From: Gemmatimonadota bacterium
Lineage (GTDB): Bacteria > Gemmatimonadota > Gemmatimonadetes > Longimicrobiales > RSA9
Direction: 5' to 3'
Assembly (NCBI GenBank): GCA_040905425.1
Contig: JBBDRO010000080.1
Location: 31,809 to 95,808 of the forward strand
Length of the DNA: 64,000 nt
Part shown: positions 1 to 9,551 of the stretch, one piece after another
Numbering within the stretch: the stretch's first letter is position 1
Layout of the letters: every line of letters begins with the position of its first letter
Notes under the pieces: model-generated
The model's database searches: none
Told to the model about the DNA's origin: nothing
Seen by the model: the letters and a program-made list of their open reading frames with translations, nothing else
Program-made: the position numbers and the translations under genes

Positions 1-184
1 CATGTCGTCCAGCGAACGGCCGGGGGTGACGTCCATGCCATGGTGCGCGAACGGCGCGGCCAGGGCGTAGCCGGGGCGCACGGGCGCCAGCTCGGGGTGG
101 GCGTCGCGGTATTCCTCGAAGCGGCGGGACAGGTCATCCACGTCCATGCGGAGCTGGACGAGGGTGCGGAAGACGAACTCCAGC
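1..184 (-). pseudogene. Truncated, diverged duplicate of the 3' part of the sigma-54 activator gene at 2421-4019 (runs off the window edge)
   Basis: Aligns without gaps to 2628-2811 with 22 mismatches in 184 nt (hand count). Translates LEFVFRTLVQLRMDVDDLSRRFEEYRDAHPELAPVRPGYALAAPFAHHGMDVTPGRSLDDM. In-frame stop upstream at 259-261; no AAA domain. Confidence 0.85.
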
Positions 185-324
185 CGTCGTGGTGGGGCGG
201 CAAATCCGGGAGGCGTGGACGTTCTCTCAGGGTTCCCTGTCGCCGGTGGCGCTGCTGCTTACTCGCGACATCATGGAGGACTGATCGAGAGCGCTCGCTG
301 CCAAGAGATGATCTACCCCGAGCA

Positions 325-712
325 GGGGGCCTCCGCACGCTCACGAACGAGCCGTTGGATCACACCCGGCAGCGCATGCGCGCCATCGTGGCCGCCAGCC
401 TCCGGCAGACCCGCGCCACGATCACCTTCAAGGACGGCTATCCTCCCATGCCCTTCACGGAGGGTAACTACGCCCTCATGGCTGAATTCGACGCGGTGAA
501 CCAGGCGCTCGGCATGAGCGCAGGGCGCGCCTTCGACCCGGGCCAGCGCGGCGCCGCGGACATCAGCTTCGTGGCGCCCTCCGTGGACGGCATAGACAGC
601 TTGGGCCCGCTCGGCTCCGGCTCGCACCGTGGATGACCGTGTGGAACTGCCCTCGTTCACGTCAGCAACGAAGCGCGCGGCCTTGCTGATTTATCGGCTG
701 ACGCGGGATTAG
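325..712 (+). pseudogene. C-terminal remnant of an M20/carboxypeptidase-G2-like metallopeptidase, frameshifted
   Basis: ITFKDGYPPM...RGAADISFVAP...DSLGPLGSGSH, then a frameshift near 625 to VDDRVELPSFTSATKRAALLIYRLTRD* (TAG 710-712). N-terminal half absent. Confidence 0.7.
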
Positions 713-794
713 AGCAATTCAGCATGGGACGGGGACGTCCGATGCGAAGGTTGTCCGTGACGGCATCCTACATGGAGCTGCCAGTGCCTTTCCA

Positions 795-1943
795 TCACCT
801 CGTGAAGGTCACCTCGAACACGTCGATTCGGCGGTCCCCTTCCGGTGTCTCGCGGACGGTTTGCGCATGGCTATTGCCAATGGGGAGGATCAGGTCGTCG
901 AACCAGCTTCGGGCCACTAGCTCCCCGGTACGCAGGTCTATCACCTCCACCACGGTGTCGTACACGTCGGAGGCGGTGTAGTCCTCATCCGGGCGGCGGG
1001 CGCGCCACGCGCGGTCCGCTGTGGCAGCCCACACCCGCAGATGGACGCCACCGGCGGTCTGGACACCCGTCATCTGGAGCGCCGCCCGCTCAGTTCGCAG
1101 GTCGCGGCGGCCTGATCGGACCGGGCCCGAGGGCCAGTCGCGCTCGCCGCGGAGCTGCTGCACCACGTTGCCAACCCCATCGAACGCGGCGAGCGCATAC
1201 TCGTTGCGCGCCAAAGCCACGACCGTGTCGCCCGGCGTCACGGCAAGCGAGTGACGGTACCACGCGCCGGATCGCTGGTCCAAAGCAAGTCCCGAATCCA
1301 GCACCCTCTCATCAGCCCCGTCGTTCGATAGAAGCTTCAGGCGAATGGTTTCGGCATCCGGTGCGGTCTCAACCAGCACGAAGTCTCGGCTACGCGCAGC
1401 CACATCGAAGGCACGACCGCGCAGGGTTACTAGCCGTGCCACGCTCCCGGCAGGGTCGAGCAGGGTGAGACGGGGAGGAGAAAAACCGAGTACCACCAAG
1501 GTATCCGCCCGAAAGCGTAGGATCAGTTGCCCCCGGTACTCGCCAGGCGCCTCTCCTTCGCGACCGATCCTTGCCTCAAGCTGACCGGAGCTGTCGTAGA
1601 CCCAGATCTGGCCATTAAAAGTGGCTGAGGAAACATAGAAGCGGCCGTCCGGACTCCTGGCCACCTCGACATTCGGCGCGAACCCGGCAGGGTCATCCGC
1701 ACGCCCGAGGGTGGCGATCCTGTCCAAACGTACTGCGCAGGTGGCACACCCCGGTTCGGCTGCGATGGCTGGGACCTGTTGGTCGTCCGCGCAACTTGGG
1801 AGTACCCCGATGATGCCGAGTGTGAGCAGCAACCCAAGGATCCGCACTCTTTGTCCCAGGTCTGAGCCGGTCCATGGAAGGTGCATGGGATCAGGTGATG
1901 GCGCACATGCCGTTGCAGGCCGACTGGCCGAACCAGCCTTCAT
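795..1943 (-). CDS. Putative lipoprotein, NHL/6-bladed beta-propeller type
   Basis: Hydrophobic stretch ending LPSC (lipobox-like); NHL-like IGREGEAPGEY motif and repeated beta blades. Start uncertain (1943 has a GGGAGG RBS; 1886 or 1847 possible). Confidence 0.7.
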   Translation of the reverse strand: MKAGSASRPATACAPSPDPMHLPWTGSDLGQRVRILGLLLTLGIIGVLPSCADDQQVPAIAAEPGCATCAVRLDRIATLGRADDPAGFAPNVEVARSPDGRFYVSSATFNGQIWVYDSSGQLEARIGREGEAPGEYRGQLILRFRADTLVVLGFSPPRLTLLDPAGSVARLVTLRGRAFDVAARSRDFVLVETAPDAETIRLKLLSNDGADERVLDSGLALDQRSGAWYRHSLAVTPGDTVVALARNEYALAAFDGVGNVVQQLRGERDWPSGPVRSGRRDLRTERAALQMTGVQTAGGVHLRVWAATADRAWRARRPDEDYTASDVYDTVVEVIDLRTGELVARSWFDDLILPIGNSHAQTVRETPEGDRRIDVFEVTFTR

Positions 1944-2033
1944 GGCTGCCTCCCTGGTGGTAGCGAGAGCTGAGATTCACATCCCGTAAATGGGGGTGAC
2001 GCTCTGACCAAGGCAAGGATTTCATTCGAGCCG

Positions 2034-2111
2034 TGTCAACGACGGATAGAGATGTCCCCGTGTATTGACGCATAGAAATGTCCCCGTGTATTGACGCATA
2101 GAAATGTCCCC
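2034..2111 (+). repeat. Three tandem 26-27 bp units (TGTATTGACGCATAGAAATGTCCCCG)
   Basis: 2034-2060 is a variant; 2061-2086 and 2087-2111 are identical over 25 bp. No spacers. Confidence 0.9.
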
Positions 2112-2240
2112 TACTCGGGTTGATCCTCGGTGAGGCCGGACCCGGCTCCCAGCGAGAGGCCGTGCAGAGATTGAGTCAACACGATCGTGACCGGCTGGCG
2201 GCGCTGCGCCACGTGGTGGAGCATCAGCTCAGGGTGAGAC
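2034..2240 (+). mobile_element. Left end remnant of an IS1202/ISNCY-like insertion sequence
   Basis: TGT-initiated end TGTCAACGACGGATAGAGATGTCCCC with repeated sub-terminal units, then a short fragment VQRLSQHDRDRLAALRHVVEHQL (from 2162) resembling the N-terminus of these transposases. Rest of the transposase missing. Confidence 0.55.
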
Positions 2241-2420
2241 TGCAGCGAGGGGGTGCCGCAACGCGTTGCACAGACGTAGGCATGGTCTCCGAGAGTCCGG
2301 AGTTCGTCGGGATACGCCCGATCGACCGGAACTGAGGCGGTCAGCTGGTGATGGCGGTGGGTGGGAGTGGGGCGCCTGACGGAGATCGCATCGGCTCGAA
2401 GTGACCGACCTCACCTCACC

Positions 2421-4019
2421 CTAGAGCGGGATGCCATACTCCTTGATCTTGCGGTAGAGGGTGCGCTCGCCCATGTCGAGCATCTCGGCCGCCTTGCGCC
2501 GGTTGCCGCCGACCTCCTTGAGCGCGGCCAGGATGGCCTCCCGCTCCAGGTCCTTGAGCGTCATCCCCGGCCGGAAGACCACCTCGGCGTGCTCGTCCGC
2601 CGTGTACTCCTCCCCTTCCCCCGGTGGCACGTCATCCAGCGACCGGTCGGGGGTGACGTCCACGCCGCGGTGCACGTACGGCGCGGGCAGGGCCAGGCCG
2701 GGGCGCCCGGAGATCAGCTCGGGATGGGCGTCGCGGTACTCCTCGAAGCGGCGGGACAGGTCATCCACGTCCATGCGGAGCTGCACGAGCGTGCGGAAGA
2801 CGAACTCCAGCTCGGGCGGTGTGGCCGCTCCCTCCCGGTCCTCGGTGTCACGCGCCGGCGGGCGCGGGATGGGCACGGGCAGCAGGCGCGAGGCGGCGCG
2901 GCGGTCGCGGATCTCGGGTGGGACGTCCTCCGGCCGGATGACTGCGCCGTGCGAGAGCACCACCATGGACTCGACCAGGTTCTTGAGCTCCCGCACATTG
3001 CCGGGCCATTCGTAGTCCACCAGGGTACGCATGGCGTCGGGCTCCACGGTTATCCTGGGGCGGCCGTGCTCCGCGGCGGCCTCCGCCATGAACGCGTCCA
3101 TGAGCAGCGGGATGTCCCCTCTCCGCTCACGCAGCGGCGGCAGGTGGACGGCCAGGATGTTCAGCCGGTAGTATAGGTCGCGCCGGAAGTGGCCCACCTC
3201 CACGAGCTGGCGGAGCGGCTGGTTGGTGGCGGCGATGACGCGCACGTCCACCTTGAGCGACTGCTCGCCCCCGAGCCGCATGAACTCCCGCTCCTCCAGC
3301 ACGCGTAGCAGCTTGGCCTGCGTGGCCTGGGGCAGCTCGCCGATCTCGTCCAGGAAGAGCGTGCCCTTGTGAGCCAGCTCGAAGAGCCCCTTGCGCTGGC
3401 CGATGGCGCCCGTGAAGGAGCCCTTCTCGTGGCCGAAGAGCTCCGACTCCAGCAGCGTCTCGGGAAGCGCCGCCACGTTGGCGGGGATGAACGGCTTGTG
3501 CCGCCGCGGCGAGAGCGCGTGGATGCCCCGCGCAGCGCGCTCCTTTCCCGTCCCGCTCTCCCCGGTGAGCAGCACCGTGGAGCTCACCGGCGCGAACTGG
3601 ACGATGCGCTCCAGCACCTCGATGATCTCGTCCGTCTCCCCTACCACACCCGTAACGGTGCGCAGCCGCTGCCGCTCGATCAGCCGCTTGCCCAGGCGGG
3701 CCGTGTCGGCGGGATCGATGGGCTTGCTGACCACTTCGGTCACGCCCAGCCGGCGGCGCGTGTCGGGCGTGGCCTGCCCGGTGGGCTCGAGTAGCGCCAC
3801 GATCGGCAGCCCGTCGTGGGAGCGGGCCTCCCGCACCAGCCTGCGCGCCTGCTTCTCGTCCAAGCCGCCGGTGAGTACCAACAGGATGGGGTCCTCCACG
3901 TCGGCCACGTGCTCACCGGGGGTGAGCAGCTCGACGCGGTAGCCCTCTTCCTGAAATGCCTCGCGCAGGCGGACGGCGGGCTCGAGGTCGGCGGTGGTGA
4001 CGAGCACGGTGGCGGCCAT
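2421..4019 (-). CDS. Sigma-54-dependent Fis-family transcriptional activator with degenerate receiver-like N-terminus
   Basis: Walker A GESGTGKE, ESELFGHEKGSFTGA, LFLDEIGE, WPGNVREL, C-terminal HTH GNRRKAAEMLDMGERTLYRK. Confidence 0.93.
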   Translation of the reverse strand: MAATVLVTTADLEPAVRLREAFQEEGYRVELLTPGEHVADVEDPILLVLTGGLDEKQARRLVREARSHDGLPIVALLEPTGQATPDTRRRLGVTEVVSKPIDPADTARLGKRLIERQRLRTVTGVVGETDEIIEVLERIVQFAPVSSTVLLTGESGTGKERAARGIHALSPRRHKPFIPANVAALPETLLESELFGHEKGSFTGAIGQRKGLFELAHKGTLFLDEIGELPQATQAKLLRVLEEREFMRLGGEQSLKVDVRVIAATNQPLRQLVEVGHFRRDLYYRLNILAVHLPPLRERRGDIPLLMDAFMAEAAAEHGRPRITVEPDAMRTLVDYEWPGNVRELKNLVESMVVLSHGAVIRPEDVPPEIRDRRAASRLLPVPIPRPPARDTEDREGAATPPELEFVFRTLVQLRMDVDDLSRRFEEYRDAHPELISGRPGLALPAPYVHRGVDVTPDRSLDDVPPGEGEEYTADEHAEVVFRPGMTLKDLEREAILAALKEVGGNRRKAAEMLDMGERTLYRKIKEYGIPL

Positions 4020-4022
4020 GGC

Positions 4023-4589
4023 TCAGCCCTCCATGACGGCGTCCGTGGCGTCCACGGCTGTGGCGGAACGACCGGAGTCCTCAGCGCGGGCGGAGCCCGC
4101 GGGCGGATCGTGACGCTCCGTGGCCTGGCCGCGTAGCAACTGCGCGGCGTGCGCCATGAGCGGAGCCAGCACGGCGGCCCCCTCCTTCACACCGGCGGTG
4201 CTGCCCGGCAGATTCACGATGAGCGTCCGCGCGCGCACGCCGGCCACACCCCGGGAAAGCGCCGCGTAGGGGTGGTCCGTGGCGGCGCGGAGCGCCTCCG
4301 CGATGCCGGGCGCATCACGCTCCAGCACGCTGCGGGTGGCCTCGGGCGTGACGTCCCGCGCGGTCAGGCCCGTGCCGCCGGTGGTCACGATCACGTCGGC
4401 GGTCCCGCCATCCGCCAGACGTGTGAGGAGCGCCGCCACCGCGGCGCTCTCGTCGGGCACGACCGCGCGCTCGGCCAGCGCGTGGCCCGTCGCGGCCACC
4501 CACGCCTCCAGGGCGTCGCCGGAGGCGTCGGCCCGGCTGCCGCGAGCCACGCCGTCGGACACCGTCACGACCGCGATCCTGACGCTCAC
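4023..4589 (-). CDS. MogA/MoaB-family molybdenum cofactor biosynthesis protein
   Basis: VTVSD, VPDE, TTGGTGLTARDVTPEAT, LSRGVAG, NLPGS motifs. Confidence 0.92.
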   Translation of the reverse strand: MSVRIAVVTVSDGVARGSRADASGDALEAWVAATGHALAERAVVPDESAAVAALLTRLADGGTADVIVTTGGTGLTARDVTPEATRSVLERDAPGIAEALRAATDHPYAALSRGVAGVRARTLIVNLPGSTAGVKEGAAVLAPLMAHAAQLLRGQATERHDPPAGSARAEDSGRSATAVDATDAVMEG

Positions 4590-4638
4590 GGCGCGGGTGG
4601 GAAGCCCGGGCGGGCCGGAGGGGACGTCGCTTGAACGG

Positions 4639-5748
4639 TCACCGCTTGATGGATCCTTCCGTATAGAAGGGCGGCCGCGTCACCTCGGCCGGCACCTCTT
4701 TGTCCCGAATGACCACGTGGATGATCGTGCCGGGCTTGGCCGCTTCGGTGGGGACGTAGGCCATGCCGATCCCCTGATCCAGCATGGGTGAATGGATGCC
4801 GCTGGTGACCTCCCCGGCGGGCTCGCCGGCCACGCGCACCTCGTATCCCTGCCGCGGGAAGCCACGCTCCCGCATGACGAAGCCCACCAGCTTGCGGGCC
4901 ACGCCGGCCTCCTTGAGCTCGGCCAGCGCGTCGCGGCCGATGAAGTCCCCCTTGCCGAGCTTGACGATCCAGCCCAGGCCGGCCTCGAGCGGGGTGATGC
5001 GATCGTCTACGTCATTGCCGTGCAGCGCATAGCCCACCTCCAGACGGAGGCCATCGCGCGCGCCCAGGCCGGCGGGAATGAGCCCGTCATCGGCGCCCGC
5101 CTCCAGCAGCGCGTCCCACACGTGCGCCGTGTCGGCGGCGTCCAGGTAGAGTTCGAAGCCGTCCTCGCCGGTGTAGCCGGTGCGGCTGAGGGTGGCGGGC
5201 CGACCTGCCACCTCTCCCTCGGCGAAGTGGTAGTAGGCAATGCCGTCCAGGTCGGTGTCCGTCAGCCGCGCCAGGATGGCCTGCGCCTGCGGTCCCTGCA
5301 GCGCCAGCAGGCCGACCTCGGCGGAACGGTCCTGGAGCTCCATGTCCCGCCCCTCTGCGTGCTCGCGGAACCAGGCCAGGTCGCGCTCCAGATTGCCCGC
5401 ATTCACCACCACCATGTAGTGGTCCGGGTAGCGGTAGACAATGCAGTCGTCGATGACACCGCCCTCGGGATTCAGGCTGGCCGAGTACTGCGCTTGCCCC
5501 ACCGCCAGCTGGGAGACGTCATTGGTGGTGAGGTGCTGCAGGAAGGCCAGCGCCTCGGGGCCGCGCACGAAGAACTCACCCATGTGGGACACGTCAAAGA
5601 GGCCGGCGGCGGTACGCACGGCGCGATGCTCGGCCATGATTCCCGTGGCGTACTGCACGGGCATGCTGAAGCCGGCGAAGGGCACCATCTTGCCGCCCGC
5701 CGCCAGGTGGCGATCGTGCAGCGGGGTCTGTTTCAGCGTGTCGGCCAT
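4639..5748 (-). CDS. gcvT: Glycine cleavage system aminomethyltransferase T
   Basis: KQTPLH, GLFDVSHMGE, SRTGYTGEDGFE, GLGARDGLRLE. Start set at ATG 5748 (GAGGAG upstream). Confidence 0.96.
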   Translation of the reverse strand: MADTLKQTPLHDRHLAAGGKMVPFAGFSMPVQYATGIMAEHRAVRTAAGLFDVSHMGEFFVRGPEALAFLQHLTTNDVSQLAVGQAQYSASLNPEGGVIDDCIVYRYPDHYMVVVNAGNLERDLAWFREHAEGRDMELQDRSAEVGLLALQGPQAQAILARLTDTDLDGIAYYHFAEGEVAGRPATLSRTGYTGEDGFELYLDAADTAHVWDALLEAGADDGLIPAGLGARDGLRLEVGYALHGNDVDDRITPLEAGLGWIVKLGKGDFIGRDALAELKEAGVARKLVGFVMRERGFPRQGYEVRVAGEPAGEVTSGIHSPMLDQGIGMAYVPTEAAKPGTIIHVVIRDKEVPAEVTRPPFYTEGSIKR

Positions 5749-5788
5749 CGTATCTCCTCGCACCAGTGGTGCGTCAGCATGTCGTGGA

Positions 5789-6694
5789 TCATCCCATGAG
5801 CGTGGCCAGGATGGCCTTCTGCACGTGGAGACGGTTCTCGGCCTCGTCGAAGACGCGTGAGCGCGGACCCTCGATGACCTCGTCGGCCACCTCCTCACCG
5901 CGGTGCGCGGGAAGACAGTGCAGAAAGATGGCGTCCGCCGTGGCGCGCTCCATCAGGGCGGCGTCCACCTGGTAGCCGGCAAAGGCGCGCTCGCGCGCCG
6001 CCTGCTCCTCCTCCTGGCCCATGGAGGTCCAGACGTCCGTGTTCACGACGTCCGCCCCGTCCACGGCCTCCCCCGGATCGCTGGTTAGGAGCACCGTGGT
6101 GGCCTCCTCCGCCCGGCGCAGGATCGCGGGATCGGGGCGGTAGCCCTCGGGGCAGGCCAGGCGCAACTCGAAGCCGAAGCGGGCGGCCGCGTTCAGCCAG
6201 GAGTTGGCCATGTTGTTGCCGTCGCCCACCCAGGCGATGCGCCGGCCCGACAGATCCGGTCCGAACGCCTCCTGCACGGTCATGACGTCCGCCATGATCT
6301 GGCAGGGGTGGAGCAGGTCGGTGAGGCCGTTGATGACGGGCACGCTGCCGTGCTCGGCGAGCGCCTCGGGATCCGCCTGGTCGAAGGTGCGGATCATGAT
6401 GCCGTCCACATAGCGGGAGAGCACCCGCGCGGTGTCCTTGATGGGCTCGCCCCGGCCCAGCTGGATGTCCCGGCTGGAGAGGAAGAGGGCGTGCCCCCCC
6501 AGCTGGTAGGTCCCCACCTCGAAGCTCACGCGCGTGCGGGTGGAGCTCTTGGTGAAGATCATGGCCAGCGTCTTCCCCTCGAGCGGTCGGCCGCGCTCCT
6601 GGCCCGCCTTCATGCGGCGCGCCAGTTCCAGGACGGCGTAAAGTTCGTCGGTGCTCAGGTCGGGGATGCTCAGAAAGTGCCGTGCGCTGCCCAT
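5789..6694 (-). CDS. argF: Ornithine carbamoyltransferase
   Basis: STRTR, HPCQ, GDGNN, SMG, HCLP and EAENRLH motifs. Start set at ATG 6694. Confidence 0.96.
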   Translation of the reverse strand: MGSARHFLSIPDLSTDELYAVLELARRMKAGQERGRPLEGKTLAMIFTKSSTRTRVSFEVGTYQLGGHALFLSSRDIQLGRGEPIKDTARVLSRYVDGIMIRTFDQADPEALAEHGSVPVINGLTDLLHPCQIMADVMTVQEAFGPDLSGRRIAWVGDGNNMANSWLNAAARFGFELRLACPEGYRPDPAILRRAEEATTVLLTSDPGEAVDGADVVNTDVWTSMGQEEEQAARERAFAGYQVDAALMERATADAIFLHCLPAHRGEEVADEVIEGPRSRVFDEAENRLHVQKAILATLMG

Positions 6695-6942
6695 GAAACC
6701 GTTCGCGTAGTACGTTTTTCGGGCACCCGGGAGGGGGCGGATCCGGGCATGCCGAATCGGCAGGCAAGGTAGGGACGGGGCTGATGGGGGACAAGGGCGG
6801 TGGAGGGGGCGCGGGATGCGGGTGAGGCATGCCGGCCTTGCCAAAGGGACGGCGTCGCGGTTGCTTGTGGTACGGTCCGCCATCGTTCAGAAACAGCATC
6901 CCTGACGGATCCGAAGGCGGACACTCCCTCCCGGAGGACAGG

Positions 6943-8517
6943 ATGAAGCGGACGATCGGCTTTGCGGCGTTGGCGCTGACGATGGTGGCACCCCTCGCGG
7001 CGCAGGGTCATGCGCACGCCCCCGGCCAGCAGCTCGGATCGGTAGAGTTCTCGGTCCAGTGCAACGCCGAGGCGCAGCAGCGGATGAATACTGCGGTCGC
7101 CATGCTTCACTCGTTCTGGTTCCCCGAGGCGCGGCGGACCTTCGAGGCGGTCGTGGAAGCCGACCCCGGCTGCGGGATTGCCTACTGGGGCGTGGCCATG
7201 AGCCACTTTGGCAATCCCATGGCGGGCGGCGCCGGCCCGGACCAGCAGGCTCTGGGATGGGAGGCGGCGCAGCGGGCGCGGAGCCTTGGCGCACGAAGCG
7301 ACCGCGACCACGCCTTCATCGACGCGGCGGTCGCGCTCTTCGAGGGGCACGAGCGCGCCGACAACCGCACGCGCATGCGCGCCTACGAGGCCGCCCTGGC
7401 GGCGGTGGTGGAGCGGAACCCCGACGACCGGGAGGCAACGATCTTCCACCGGATCATGATGGTGGCCAACGCCGATCCGGCCGATCTCACCTTCGCGCGG
7501 CAGAGGGAGGCCGCGACCACGCTCATCCCGCTCTTCCAGCAGCAACCGCAGCATCCGGGGCTCGCGCACTACATCATCCACGCCTTCGACTCGCCCCCGC
7601 TCGCCGATCAGGCGCTGGACGCCGCGCGCCGCTACGCCGACATTGCGCCCGCGGCGCCGCACGCGCTCCACATGCCGTCACACATCTTCACGCGCCTCGG
7701 CTACTGGGACGAGTCGATCCGCACCAACCGTCGGTCCGCTGACGTCGAGCCGGCGCTGGGCGGCAAGATGCACCCGATGGACTATATGGTCTACGCGTAC
7801 CTGCAGATGGGGGACGACGCCGCGGCGCTCGCCGTGATCCGTGAGTTGGGAGGCGACTCCAACGGCCGGTACGCGGCCGGCAACCCCACCTCGTACAACG
7901 CGCTCGCGATGCCTGCCAGGTACGCGCTCGAGCGGGATGACTGGAGCGCCGCCGCGGCGCTCGCGGTAGTCGGCGGTCCGCCGTCCGCCGCGCATGTGAC
8001 GCGATTCGCGCGGGGGATCGGCGCCGCGCGCTCGGGCAACGCCGCCGCGGCCAGGACAGAGGTCCAGGCGCTGGAGGGGCTGGTCGCGACGCTGAACGAC
8101 CAGGATCCGTACTGGGCGCACGTCGTGGACGCGCAGCGCATGGCCGTCGGCGCGTGGATCGCCCACCTCGACGGACAGCACGCGGAGGCGCTCCGCCTGG
8201 CCCGCGCCGCGGCCGACAAGGAGGAAGAGGTCGAGAAGCACCCGGTTACGCCCGGGCCGCTCATCCCGGCGCGCGAGCTACTCGGCGACATCCTCAGGGT
8301 GCACGATCAGCCGGCCGAGGCGCTCGCGGCCTACGAGGCCGTGCTCAAGAGCGAGCCCAACCGAGCGCGCACGCTGCACGGCGCCGCCGCAGCCGCGAGA
8401 GCCGCCGGCCGGCCCGAGGTTGCGCGACGCCACTACCAGGCGCTGATCGAGCTTCTCGACGAGCGCTCAACGCGTCCCGCGCTGGCCGAGGCCCGGGCGT
8501 TCCTGGCGGGAGGCTGA
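6943..8517 (+). CDS. Secreted TPR-like alpha-helical protein with His-rich motif
   Basis: Signal peptide MKRTIGFAALALTMVAPLAAQ with GGAGG RBS; helical repeats; HPGLAHYIIH and PHALHMPSHIF. Confidence 0.8.
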   Translation: MKRTIGFAALALTMVAPLAAQGHAHAPGQQLGSVEFSVQCNAEAQQRMNTAVAMLHSFWFPEARRTFEAVVEADPGCGIAYWGVAMSHFGNPMAGGAGPDQQALGWEAAQRARSLGARSDRDHAFIDAAVALFEGHERADNRTRMRAYEAALAAVVERNPDDREATIFHRIMMVANADPADLTFARQREAATTLIPLFQQQPQHPGLAHYIIHAFDSPPLADQALDAARRYADIAPAAPHALHMPSHIFTRLGYWDESIRTNRRSADVEPALGGKMHPMDYMVYAYLQMGDDAAALAVIRELGGDSNGRYAAGNPTSYNALAMPARYALERDDWSAAAALAVVGGPPSAAHVTRFARGIGAARSGNAAAARTEVQALEGLVATLNDQDPYWAHVVDAQRMAVGAWIAHLDGQHAEALRLARAAADKEEEVEKHPVTPGPLIPARELLGDILRVHDQPAEALAAYEAVLKSEPNRARTLHGAAAAARAAGRPEVARRHYQALIELLDERSTRPALAEARAFLAGG

Positions 8518-8789
8518 GGCGGAGTCGCACGCTCCGGCTGTGGCAGTCCACCGACGCCCGGCGCGGGGCCCCCGCCGGCCGCGGCCGAATCGCTCCAGCT
8601 GCCCCCCGCACGCGGCGAGTTGGTAGCTTTGGAGGATCACGCTCAGCCCTCCACCCCCGGTGACGCATGCCGGGGTGGGACGGGCACTGAGCGGACGCCC
8701 GGCCAAACGGAACGGGCTCGGTGCGCGTCGTGACTCCAGGAGACGGGTCCGTCCCGCCATCAGCGTCCCACAGCATCAGACGATCAAGC

Positions 8790-9527
8790 ATGAGAACAGC
8801 TGCCCTCCTGCTCCTGGCCCTGCTCGGCGCCGGCCTCGGTCCCCTGGCCGCGCCCCCCGAGCGCGCGTCCGACCCGGCCGCTACCAGGCCCGGCGCCGCA
8901 GCGTCCGAAGGTGAGCGCCGCTCTGAACGCCGCTGGGTACGGCCGGAAGGGCCCACGAAGGTGGCGCTGCAGGCGGGTCACTGGAAGGCGGCCGAGGCAC
9001 CCGACGAGCAGTCGGGGCTGCGCACCAACGGCACACGCGGCGGCGGCAAGGAGGAATGGGAGGTCAACCTGACCATTGCCCGTGCCACGGCGGCGCTGCT
9101 GGAAGAAGCTGGCTACACTGTGGAGATCCTGCCCACCACCATCCCGCCCGGCTACTGGGCCGACCTGTTCGTTTCGATCCATGCGGACGGCAATGCCAGC
9201 ACGGGTGTATCCGGCTACCGGGCCGCCGCTCCGCGCCGCGATCGTACGGGGCGAGCGCGGGAGTTCGCGGCGCTGCTGACGGAGAGCTACGGCGCGGCCA
9301 CGGGTCTGCCGCGCTACCCCACCGTGACCCGGCGCATGACGTCGTACTATGCCTTCAATGGCCGTCGCTACGACCACGCCCTGCACCCGATGACCGTGGG
9401 CACCATCCTGGAAACCGGCTTCCTGACCAGCCCACACGACCGGCGCATCCTGGTGGGTGAGCCGGAACGGGCGGCCCGCGGCATCGCCGATGCCATCATC
9501 CGATTTCTGGGTCCGCCCCTGCCCTGA
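8790..9527 (+). CDS. N-acetylmuramoyl-L-alanine amidase (Amidase_3)
   Basis: Signal peptide; Zn/catalytic motifs LQAGH, EWEVNL, FVSIHAD, ILETGFLT. Confidence 0.88.
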   Translation: MRTAALLLLALLGAGLGPLAAPPERASDPAATRPGAAASEGERRSERRWVRPEGPTKVALQAGHWKAAEAPDEQSGLRTNGTRGGGKEEWEVNLTIARATAALLEEAGYTVEILPTTIPPGYWADLFVSIHADGNASTGVSGYRAAAPRRDRTGRAREFAALLTESYGAATGLPRYPTVTRRMTSYYAFNGRRYDHALHPMTVGTILETGFLTSPHDRRILVGEPERAARGIADAIIRFLGPPLP

Positions 9528-9551
9528 CGGCCGGCGTCCAGGCGGCGGGCA

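Noticed and set aside
2034..2111. Mini CRISPR array
   Set aside because: The repeats abut with no spacers and there are no cas genes.
1..2811. DGR template/variable repeat pair (1-184 versus 2628-2811)
   Set aside because: Mismatches are not adenine-specific, many are synonymous, and no reverse transcriptase is present.
5749..5788. Glycine riboswitch before gcvT
   Set aside because: Only 40 bp of intergenic space.
8651..8678. Hairpin CCACCCC...GGGGTGG as a terminator or ncRNA
   Set aside because: Imperfect stem, no U-tract, and expected by chance at this GC content.
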